Positions 1-8,415 of a stretch of DNA of 53,966 bases are shown in pieces; within the stretch, counting starts at the first letter, position 1; each line of letters begins with the position of its first letter. The stretch comes from an uncultured Rhodobacterales bacterium (GTDB taxonomy: Bacteria; Pseudomonadota; Alphaproteobacteria; Rhodobacterales; Rhodobacteraceae): positions 1-53,966 of the forward strand of contig CAYTUW010000001.1 in the NCBI GenBank assembly GCA_964441435.1, given 5' to 3'. The notes beneath the pieces are model-generated. The model was not told where the DNA came from. It worked only from the letters and a program-made list of their open reading frames with translations, and made no database searches. The position numbers and the translations under genes are program-made.

Positions 1-1305
1 GTTGCCATGAATTTCATTGCCGGCCCCGTTGCCAGAGGCCCAATCATTGCCGCTGCCTGCGAACATGTCTTCGATTACGGTGCCAACCGCCACGGCGACA
101 TTGCCAATCAGGCCACCAACATCGGAAAAGCTGCCCTGCCGGATATCAATACGGTCATCGGTCGTATTATTGGTTAGATCCAGCGTATCTGTTCCGCCGT
201 GATCAAACAGGGTGAGCGAAATAGGGTTGAACTCCTTGACCCCGAGGTCCGGGCCGCCGTTGGCCGCATCAAAATAAACACCAAGGCTGTTGTTCAGCGT
301 AGTGTTGTTCCCATAAACCGTATCGCCATCGGTTGCGGTGCCCGCTGCCGCCGCGCCATACACATTCTGTATCGCCATGATATCGGCCAGCATGGGGGTG
401 ATAACATAAGCGAAATCAGCATCAGTGTTGGTATTTTCGTCCTGCGCAAAATAGGACATAACAGACTGCTGCCAACTATCGTTGGTAAAGGTGTTGTGAA
501 TGTCGTAGGTTGCGTTCCCGTTATAGGTGCCCTGATGGCCCAGTCCCAGCGCATGGCCGATTTCATGCAGGTAGGTCTGAAATCCGTAACCGCCGATTTC
601 GCCATCAGAAACATCAGACCAGTTATCCGGAATATTCACAGTGGCCTGGGTGATATACCCGCCGGAATAACTCCAGGATGCGTAGGCCCCGGAATTATCG
701 CTGTCCTCAAATGTGATATCCGCAATGCCGCTGGTCACGCTGAAGGTAAGATCCGCAACCATCGACCACCCTTCAAGCGCCCAGAGGGCCAACTTCTGCG
801 CACCCGCTGAAATTGCATTGATATTGACAGTCAGCGCATTGCTGAAACGTGTATCGAACTGAACGCTGGTGTAGTCGTAGGCCGCATCATATCCAGATTG
901 CAAAAAATCAGCCAGATCTTGCGTTGTGCCTTCGGTGACGTGTTCAACATGTAGCCGATATTCCCCGGTTCCGAGAAGTTGCGCATCAGCTTCGATATAG
1001 AAGGTGCCACTTTCTGTGGCGGTAAACCGCAAATGCGACGTGGCAGAACCAGCCAAATTGCTACCGTCAATGGCAATTTCCTGGCCGATTGAATTGTAAA
1101 GTCGCATATAGGGATCGCCCAGTTCCCCTAAAGAGAGCCCCCCGAGGATTCGGATGTTGTACGATTCACCCGCAACAAGACTGATCGCGACCCAGTCCTC
1201 ATCCAAGACGCTGGATATCTCTCCCCAGAAAGCATCCCAAGGCTGCATTACATAGGCTGTAGAGGCGTTTTCAGCGGCATCCGCTGTTTCAGTGATAACT
1301 GTCAT
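1..1305 (-). CDS. Serralysin-family (metzincin, M10B-like) secreted zinc metalloprotease with an N-terminal PPC-like beta domain and the start of C-terminal RTX repeats; 3' end cut by the window edge
   Basis: Hand translation of the minus strand from ATG 1305-1303 is open to base 1 (435 codons). It is missing from the ORF track because it has no stop in the window. Zinc motif HEIGHALGLGH at nt 535-567, Met-turn SVMSY shortly after, and glycine-rich nonapeptides GSGNDWASGNGAGNEIHGN at nt 1-57. Confidence 0.85.
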   Translation of the reverse strand, partial: MTVITETADAAENASTAYVMQPWDAFWGEISSVLDEDWVAISLVAGESYNIRILGGLSLGELGDPYMRLYNSIGQEIAIDGSNLAGSATSHLRFTATESGTFYIEADAQLLGTGEYRLHVEHVTEGTTQDLADFLQSGYDAAYDYTSVQFDTRFSNALTVNINAISAGAQKLALWALEGWSMVADLTFSVTSGIADITFEDSDNSGAYASWSYSGGYITQATVNIPDNWSDVSDGEIGGYGFQTYLHEIGHALGLGHQGTYNGNATYDIHNTFTNDSWQQSVMSYFAQDENTNTDADFAYVITPMLADIMAIQNVYGAAAAGTATDGDTVYGNNTTLNNSLGVYFDAANGGPDLGVKEFNPISLTLFDHGGTDTLDLTNNTTDDRIDIRQGSFSDVGGLIGNVAVAVGTVIEDMFAGSGNDWASGNGAGNEIHGN

Positions 1306-1333
1306 AATTAGTAGCCTGACAAATACTCATTCT

Positions 1334-1768
1334 CTAATTCACGATAGGTAAAGGTGTGTTTCGCACCAATCCTTGTGCAAATTGATTATAAATTTGCGGC
1401 GACAGTGTGGCATCCCGGACAGCGAATGCAGTTACAGGCCCCGATCGAAGCGGGGCTTCAGGCAAGCCCCAGTCGAGCCGTGCTTCGATCACCCGGCTGT
1501 TCATTTCCAGCACAACCGGACGAATGGTTAATGGATCACCCTGTGTAAAACCTGACAGATCGTCATGAACCACGGCGGCGGGATATGTCTCCTCGATCGC
1601 GGCCCGGATAGCCGCGCAAATCAGATCGCGGTGATAGTCGACTGCGGAACAATCAAGCACGATGCCGGTCTCATTCGCCGTTCCGCCCGAAGCCATGAAA
1701 AGCACGGCGATGAAACCAAGCGTTGCCGATTTTATCATGCCGACCAACCCTAGTGTTTTCGCAATCAT
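1334..1768 (-). CDS. Hypothetical small secreted protein (signal-peptide-like MIKSATLGFIAVLFMASGGTA)
   Basis: ORF 1334..1810. An internal Met at 1768 or 1738 is preferred because it removes the overlap with the upstream gene and exposes a hydrophobic signal-like segment. No recognisable family. Confidence 0.45.
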   Translation of the reverse strand: MIAKTLGLVGMIKSATLGFIAVLFMASGGTANETGIVLDCSAVDYHRDLICAAIRAAIEETYPAAVVHDDLSGFTQGDPLTIRPVVLEMNSRVIEARLDWGLPEAPLRSGPVTAFAVRDATLSPQIYNQFAQGLVRNTPLPIVN

Positions 1769-1790
1769 CGTTCGGATCGGTCCGCTACCC

Positions 1791-2450
1791 TTACAGATGG
1801 CGGCAGTCACTGTTCCATCGGGCTAGACCTGCCGCGTTAAAGGAACTCAGGTTATCATAGATTTCATAGTCCGCATGATAAAACTTGCGCAGCTCATCCC
1901 GCATATCATCGGGGACGACATCCGCTCCGCTGACTATGTTGCTTTTGTTCAGAAATGGCAGCTGCGCCTCAAGTCCGAGGCACCGCAAGACCTGTTCAAA
2001 GCCATTGGGCAGATCCTCAAATCGGATAAGGCAGTGCATTGCGATTTGACCAGAATCATCTTCGAAGCGCGCCCGCTGTAAGTGCCGATTCCCGTTGGGG
2101 CGGGTAATGTTCCAGTCATTATTCTGCCAGAACTCCCTGAAACTCATCCCTGGCGGCAATGGTGCCTGCACATCGTTCCCGGAGCGATATCTGAACCAGG
2201 AAGCAATCCAGTCTATCGGGTCACGCAGCACCCCAAACCTGAAGTACGTTACAGGGTCATTCCCGGCGGCGCTGAACAATGGTTGATATTCCCTAAGCGC
2301 ATCACGATAGGCAATGTGTTTGCGGGCTGGCGTTCCATTGTGCCTTATTTCGCAATGGTGCTGAAGGGCGGCCTCGATCGAGGTAGACGCCGCCTTGGTG
2401 TTGCTGATGAAGATAAACCGGTTTCGCAGACTGATAAGCATATTCACCAC
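1791..2450 (-). CDS. Sulfotransferase family protein (PAPS-dependent type)
   Basis: N-terminal FIFISNTKAASTSIE resembles the 5'-PSB loop (PKxGxTS type). VLRDPIDWIASWFRY resembles the 3'-PB RDPxxRxxS motif. Size of 219 aa is typical. Confidence 0.65.
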   Translation of the reverse strand: MVNMLISLRNRFIFISNTKAASTSIEAALQHHCEIRHNGTPARKHIAYRDALREYQPLFSAAGNDPVTYFRFGVLRDPIDWIASWFRYRSGNDVQAPLPPGMSFREFWQNNDWNITRPNGNRHLQRARFEDDSGQIAMHCLIRFEDLPNGFEQVLRCLGLEAQLPFLNKSNIVSGADVVPDDMRDELRKFYHADYEIYDNLSSFNAAGLARWNSDCRHL

Positions 2451-5400
2451 GCCTTTGCGTCTGATTTCACGCCTGCCTTTGGTAGCTCATCGTCAAGATG
2501 CAGTATCCGCCGCACCTCAGGGATATCCTGCCAGTGGGCCGAATGCTTCTGATCAAACGGGGGCGCACCGCCAGACCGGATCTGGCGAAGGTATTGGCGA
2601 TATTCCTCTGCATTGTTGAAATGCTGACCCCGGCGCACCTCCTCCTCCGCTTTTGTTCGATATTCGGCCGTGTATTTGAAATGTGCAAAAATCATCTCTT
2701 CCGTGGCAGTCCGGGCATTGGCCATATAGTGAAAACCGGCCGAAGGTTGCATTTCTGGCCGGTAGTTCAGGACTGCAATTTTCTGGGCGACAAAAGACTC
2801 CGGGCGGCTTTCCGGTATCATCCGGTGACGCAAGGCGCTGGTAAATGTCTCATCACTGGAAAAAGGGCCCCTGGACCATGGCAGATGCACCCAGGGCACC
2901 CGATCGGCAAAAGGAGCGCCATCAAAAGGCGTATTGTCAGAGAAATGGGCAGCATCCGTTTCGCCATTCGGATACATATCTAGCATCCGCACCCGTACAG
3001 CGTTGATTCCTCTGTTCTGTATTTGGACCAGGTGGTCCGGCAGGGCACGCTCAGGCCATCCTCGATAGACGAGGAATTCGTCCGCATCCGCAACCACGGA
3101 CCACTTTCCCCGGCGAAAGTGACCAAGCAACATCTGCTGCCATATCACGCCATAGTTTGATTTTCGATACTCTGTTTCAGCGGAAAACACGGCGACGTCC
3201 GGCTCTCGTTCCAGTATCTCAAGCGTTCCATCATCCGATCCGTTATCGGCAACAATGAACCCATCCACCCCCATGGCCCGGTAATGAGAAAGAAAGTGGC
3301 GCAGCATGAATTTTTCATTCCTCATGCAGGAAATTACAACGACCGGCAGATCGGCGACGGTGCGTAGGGTTTGTTCGCTGCTCACCAACGTCAACGCATT
3401 GGTATCAGTTCCCAGCACTGCGGGTGACTCCGTCGGCCAGATCATCATCGGGTGTAATCGGTCAGAGGTCAGGTTCTTCAACGCCGCTGCATGTCCTTTC
3501 GGGCTGTCCATATGGATCAGTTTTGTCGGGCTGCTGCGACCTGCTTCAAATCCGTTCACCCATGCGGGGACGGCCGTGCCTCTGGGATTGTTCCGCCGCT
3601 TGATCAGAACTGTATAATCTTCATCCGCTGGATAGATGCCCTGCGTTTCCAGTAATTCCCCGATGATTTTATCCTCTAGAAAAGACCGGCTAAGGATTTC
3701 ATGGCCGCCATAGCCCCTTACCGCATTCAGCACACCGGACATCGCACGGCGTGACAGGCTGTAACCTGATCCACCGTCAGCATAGGAAAGGAACGCGGAT
3801 GAGGCATCCAACTGGTGCCGCGCCCGATCCGTAGACGATTTTCTACAATGCCAGCCCCGGTCAAAAATACCTGATACGGAGCCAAGGATTCGGCCATAGT
3901 AGTCGAACTTGCGATAACTCTGGCTGTGGAAATAAAGTTCGGCATTCAGAAAACAATCATCGTCAACCTTCAGCAAGTAGGAATGTGTGGTATTCTCATA
4001 AACCCACTTAATTGCCGCCAGCGTTTTTTGCGGAAGCCCTTCGTAATCGTCAGGAACATCCAGGCAGACGACATCCTGAGGCAGGCCGCCATGCGTTTCT
4101 CCAGACCCGACAAAAATTACGTAAGGGATGCCCATATCCCGCAATGATTTCAGCCAGCTTCTGCGTAAAGCAGAAACCTGCGAGGAAAGGTTCGCACGGC
4201 ATGATGTCACCACCACGATGGTGTCAAACAAGCGCGCCTCTGGCGACAGTTTCTCGTCTGTGCATTGGGGGGAATCATTGCGGGATATTGATGGAAAGGT
4301 CGCTAGAGCAGATCTTGCCAACCGCAACGCTTCTCCCGACAGGGTGGCGCTGACATTTTCCAGTTTGCACAGCGCGTTAACCACTCCCGGTTCAGCGTAC
4401 TGGCACCCGCGCAATGTTCCATAGCGCCAGTCCAGTTCCGGCACGCCGGTGCCATTCTCTGGTGCCAAAAACCCCGGCAGCACCGACACAGATTGTTCCG
4501 CCGCAGCAAGGTGCCCCGAGCGCAACAATTCCGTAAACATCGTCAAAAGCAACGTCAGGCCCAGGCTGCGGCTTTCGATCGGCGCCAGGCATTGCAGCTT
4601 TTCAAGCAGTGGGGAGGGAACCATGAGTTTTCTGTGACCCGCCGCAGATGCCTTCAACACCTCGAGGATCTGACGACTGCATTCCAGCTGAAGCGGGTAA
4701 TGGGGGGATTTCGATGAAGAATTGTACATCTCATGCAGCTTCTTCTGCAGCAGATCCGCAGCGACCGTACCGCCTTTCTGCAAAAAGCCTGACGCGGCAG
4801 CCGCGCGGACGGCACCATCGGTAAGATTATCGCTATATTCATGTTGCCAGATGTCCTGCGCCCGCAACAATCGCTCTGTGCCATATGCCCCAAGCGAGCA
4901 AAGACCCTGCAGAGCACTGCGCTCTTCGTCCCGGTCTTCGTCGTGCCGCGCCTCTTCCAGGTGCTCAAACAGACGCCGGAACTGATCAAGCAGCGGATCA
5001 TTCAGATTCTGCGGCTTCGTTCTATCGCGGAGCGCAGCCCAGAATGAAGGTTGCAACGCACAGGCCCGCAACAACATCGGTCGGGCCGCATCAATAATAT
5101 CCGGCGGCAGAACGCCCTGAGCTTCTATAACAGCAGCGGCGGCGGTGGTCAGTTGCAGACAGGATATACGCCCCCATTGCGGGGCGGCCTCTCGCTGCAA
5201 GTAACCTGCAAATTCATGGATTACCCGCCCGATGTGTTCCGCATCATGGCTGGTGTGGTTTTCCAATACGGTGCGGATGAAATATGCAACACATGCTGTT
5301 TCCACCCACCCACCGGCATCATCCCGTTTCATATGGTGGAGCAGATCAGCACCCCCCTGCAAATCCCCCGCTATCAGCCTGAATGGCAGTGCCGTGGAAC

Positions 5401-6541
5401 GGCTCCAGTCATTGTTGGCAACGTCCCAAACCAAAGGCTGATTGCCGTCTCTGAGGATATCAGCAAGGTCATCAGCTCGTCCGCGCAAACAAAACTCACC
5501 TGCCAGTTGTGTTAGGAATGCTCGCGTCTGTAGATGGTCGAGCTGCATATCTGCGATAACATTGCGCACCCCTTCCGCAGGATCATACCCCGGGTTCATC
5601 CGGCCCCACTTTTCATAGGTGATACGCGCCAGAAGCGGGCGGTCAGCTTTTGGTGGTGTTGCCACCTGCCCTGCCGGTTCAAGAAACGCACGCAGACCCA
5701 GCTGGTCGGCGAGCCGACGTGCTGCGTCCTGCGCATCGGGCGACAGATCAGGCAACAACCTGGCATATCGCACATGTTCCAATAAGGGCACAACATCGGA
5801 CGCAGCCCGTTCCTGCAACATATAGGGCAGCTTCCGGTCGATTTCGGACAAGATTCGGCGCCGCGTCAAAACAAATGCCGCATGCTGCCGGCCGTCGCTG
5901 GATACGAGCTGAACGGAAACCCCATCGTGCTGGGTTTGTTCCGACATCCAGACACGTCCCGGCAAACGAACAGACATGCCCAATTCACGTTGGCCGGTAT
6001 CAAACTGGCGTTGCAGGTCGGGCAGCGGGTAAGGTTGTGAAACCAGACCGGGAACATGAAAGGTCAGGGTTTCGGCGTTTCGGTGGTGAACTGCACCTTC
6101 GATACGAAAATCAATCGGCCCCACATATCCGATCCGGGGTTTGCCGACATACGGGCCGGTGGGAGCCCGCCCGATGCGCGCAGATTCTTGCAACACACCG
6201 CCGCTGAACTGTACGAACCGGATTTTCGCCCTGCCAGGGTATCCACGGAAAATGCGCCGCAGCTTTGTTCCGTTCAGGGAAACCGTGATCCAGAACGGTC
6301 TGAAAACGACAGATATTGAAAGAACACCGGGCGCATTGGCAGCGGGAACCAGACGTTCGGTTTGCCAGGCACCATTCACTTTCTGGTTGAACCGCGCCAC
6401 CCGATCAACCGGATCAATCGTAAGCGCAAACAGAATGTCGTTTTGCAATGCATCGTAAAACCGGACCGTGGCGTGATTTGACCGCGTCAGATCAGCATCA
6501 CAGCGGAAGGTGCCAAACCAACCCGATGAAAATGACAACAT
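2444..6541 (-). CDS. 1365-aa multidomain glycosyltransferase: galectin-like N-terminal region, long helical middle, GT31-like (Galactosyl_T) domain, C-terminal GT2-like (Glyco_tranf_2_4 type) domain
   Basis: Uninterrupted 4.1-kb ORF. GT31-type motifs: VVVTSCRANLSSQVSALRRSW, DDYEGLPQKTLAAIKW, YLLKVDDDCFLN, YADGGSGYSLS (residues ~773-935, nt ~3617-4225). C-terminal VVVISCMRNEKFMLRHFLSHY...VADNGSDDGT...ADADEF (nt ~2672-3349). Confidence 0.8.
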   Translation of the reverse strand: MLSFSSGWFGTFRCDADLTRSNHATVRFYDALQNDILFALTIDPVDRVARFNQKVNGAWQTERLVPAANAPGVLSISVVFRPFWITVSLNGTKLRRIFRGYPGRAKIRFVQFSGGVLQESARIGRAPTGPYVGKPRIGYVGPIDFRIEGAVHHRNAETLTFHVPGLVSQPYPLPDLQRQFDTGQRELGMSVRLPGRVWMSEQTQHDGVSVQLVSSDGRQHAAFVLTRRRILSEIDRKLPYMLQERAASDVVPLLEHVRYARLLPDLSPDAQDAARRLADQLGLRAFLEPAGQVATPPKADRPLLARITYEKWGRMNPGYDPAEGVRNVIADMQLDHLQTRAFLTQLAGEFCLRGRADDLADILRDGNQPLVWDVANNDWSRSTALPFRLIAGDLQGGADLLHHMKRDDAGGWVETACVAYFIRTVLENHTSHDAEHIGRVIHEFAGYLQREAAPQWGRISCLQLTTAAAAVIEAQGVLPPDIIDAARPMLLRACALQPSFWAALRDRTKPQNLNDPLLDQFRRLFEHLEEARHDEDRDEERSALQGLCSLGAYGTERLLRAQDIWQHEYSDNLTDGAVRAAAASGFLQKGGTVAADLLQKKLHEMYNSSSKSPHYPLQLECSRQILEVLKASAAGHRKLMVPSPLLEKLQCLAPIESRSLGLTLLLTMFTELLRSGHLAAAEQSVSVLPGFLAPENGTGVPELDWRYGTLRGCQYAEPGVVNALCKLENVSATLSGEALRLARSALATFPSISRNDSPQCTDEKLSPEARLFDTIVVVTSCRANLSSQVSALRRSWLKSLRDMGIPYVIFVGSGETHGGLPQDVVCLDVPDDYEGLPQKTLAAIKWVYENTTHSYLLKVDDDCFLNAELYFHSQSYRKFDYYGRILGSVSGIFDRGWHCRKSSTDRARHQLDASSAFLSYADGGSGYSLSRRAMSGVLNAVRGYGGHEILSRSFLEDKIIGELLETQGIYPADEDYTVLIKRRNNPRGTAVPAWVNGFEAGRSSPTKLIHMDSPKGHAAALKNLTSDRLHPMMIWPTESPAVLGTDTNALTLVSSEQTLRTVADLPVVVISCMRNEKFMLRHFLSHYRAMGVDGFIVADNGSDDGTLEILEREPDVAVFSAETEYRKSNYGVIWQQMLLGHFRRGKWSVVADADEFLVYRGWPERALPDHLVQIQNRGINAVRVRMLDMYPNGETDAAHFSDNTPFDGAPFADRVPWVHLPWSRGPFSSDETFTSALRHRMIPESRPESFVAQKIAVLNYRPEMQPSAGFHYMANARTATEEMIFAHFKYTAEYRTKAEEEVRRGQHFNNAEEYRQYLRQIRSGGAPPFDQKHSAHWQDIPEVRRILHLDDELPKAGVKSDAKAW

Positions 6542-6591
6542 TGGAAACTACCCTTGTTCCCGCACATTATGAAGGATGCGTACCCGGACGG

Positions 6592-8412
6592 CTATTTCTT
6601 CTTACCCGTCGTATTTAATCCTACTTTTTGCAGGAAATCTTCTGACATTTCCTCCGTTGCTATCGACGTGTCGTTGAAGCCGTACCACCAGAACAGAATG
6701 CGCACTTGCAGGCAGAGCAGTATCCTGGTCAATTCGCTCGTGCCCGGTGCCTGAAACATTTCCCAGACGCCCCGTAGCATCAGCATCAGCCGCAAGCGAT
6801 TTTCAAGTAGCCCCCTCGAATCGAGTGATCTGCCAAGGTAGTTTTTCAGCAACCAGGGGTAGGATGTTGCGCTTTGGTCTTGTGCGGATTGCCTTGCCGT
6901 TGTCAGCGGATATTCAACCAGAAGGCCAGGCAAACCACGTGCGGCCAGAGCATAGCAGTAGGCTGCATTTTCAATATGGCCCCACCCTGGCCCAGCCGGC
7001 ACCTTTTCCAGCAGGTCGCGGCGGAAAAGCTTGCCCGATAGCGTGGGGTCCAGGGATGACAAGCCGTCCGCTTTGATCAGATGCACATCCTCCGATCCAT
7101 CAGAAACGTCCCGATGGCAAACACCCACTCCAAATTGGGCACCTTTTTCTTCTAACTGCCCTGCCAGGCGCGCAAATCCATCGGGATCGGGACGATCCCC
7201 GGCATTGATGAAAGCCACATATCGGCCCTCCGTCACTCTGATCGCCTTTTGCTGAGCCAGGGCCATGTCAAGCGGACCCGCCACGGAAATTACCGATTTG
7301 ATGCGATAGTCCGGGTGCTTTTCAATCGGCGTGGGGCTGATAATCACAGTTTCAAAATCAGGCAGATGCTGACGCGCGATTGCTGAAAGCGTTTTTTCAA
7401 GAGCTTCCTCGTTACCGGTTGCATACAGGATGAAACTGATCGGGGCGGGATTGCTGACTGATACCCCCCAGATCGCCGGGATAAAGGGGTCCTTGCCCGG
7501 GTTGAACGACAGCCCGTGGCGCAGGAAATAGTCACGGCAAGCGCGGTGGAACCGATGTTTTCGGTGTAAATCCTGAAGGGCAATATCCCGTTCATAGAGC
7601 AGCCTGCCAACCGATCGTTCAAATGCCTCGAATGCGTGCGAAAGACGTGGTGCTGCCTGGGAGTCGTCCTGTTGAAGCACCTGCCTTACCTGATCAAGCA
7701 CCTGAATTTGTTCGAAAACACGTTCGCCTCCGTCCGCGGTAATTTGTCCGGGTCTGCTACGTTGCCAACAGTAGAGTGGTTTTTGCACCCGCGCTATTCG
7801 CAGAGAGCGGCGTGCCAGTTTCAGAAATAAGACAAGGTCTTCGTAGGCCAGGTCTTCCTCAAATCTGACATCAGCGATCAGGCTTCTGCGGTAAAGCTTG
7901 TTCCAGGCGCTCGGCCAGTGGTCAATGACCTGGAGCCAGCTTTCAAACAAGATAAGTTCAACCTGTTCGCTCTGTTCATATTCCGGTTGGGAATGGAGAG
8001 CACTGTGACGGGTCACATGCGTATCTTCCATATCCATATATTCAAGCTCTACCGGACAACAGGCCCAGTCCGCCCCGGTTTCAACCAATGCGCTGCGCAG
8101 CGTCGATAGATAATCAACATGCACACGGTCATCTGAATCAACAAAGGCGACAAATTCGCCACGAGCCTGATCAAGGGCGATGTTCCGGGCTGAGGATAAC
8201 CCTCGGTTTTCCGTCTGGATCACGCGAAACCTGTCATCACGCGCCGCAACCCCCTGCGCGATCAGCGCACCATCGTCGGTAGAACCATCATCCACAACAA
8301 TCGCTTCGAAATCTTCAAAGGCCTGATCCTGTAAACTGCTCAGGCACCGCAAAATCCAGTCTGCAGTATTGTACATTGGCACAATCACTGAAATTTCCGG
8401 TGTCGCAGTCAT
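6592..8412 (-). CDS. Two-domain family 2 glycosyltransferase
   Basis: N-terminal ISVIVPMYNTADWILRCLSSLQDQAFEDFEAIVVDDGSTDDG and DSDD are classic GT2 features. A second GT2-like start, ISFILYATGNEEALEKTLSAIARQHLPDFETVII, lies near residue 335. Confidence 0.85.
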   Translation of the reverse strand: MTATPEISVIVPMYNTADWILRCLSSLQDQAFEDFEAIVVDDGSTDDGALIAQGVAARDDRFRVIQTENRGLSSARNIALDQARGEFVAFVDSDDRVHVDYLSTLRSALVETGADWACCPVELEYMDMEDTHVTRHSALHSQPEYEQSEQVELILFESWLQVIDHWPSAWNKLYRRSLIADVRFEEDLAYEDLVLFLKLARRSLRIARVQKPLYCWQRSRPGQITADGGERVFEQIQVLDQVRQVLQQDDSQAAPRLSHAFEAFERSVGRLLYERDIALQDLHRKHRFHRACRDYFLRHGLSFNPGKDPFIPAIWGVSVSNPAPISFILYATGNEEALEKTLSAIARQHLPDFETVIISPTPIEKHPDYRIKSVISVAGPLDMALAQQKAIRVTEGRYVAFINAGDRPDPDGFARLAGQLEEKGAQFGVGVCHRDVSDGSEDVHLIKADGLSSLDPTLSGKLFRRDLLEKVPAGPGWGHIENAAYCYALAARGLPGLLVEYPLTTARQSAQDQSATSYPWLLKNYLGRSLDSRGLLENRLRLMLMLRGVWEMFQAPGTSELTRILLCLQVRILFWWYGFNDTSIATEEMSEDFLQKVGLNTTGKKK

Positions 8413-8415
8413 GGC

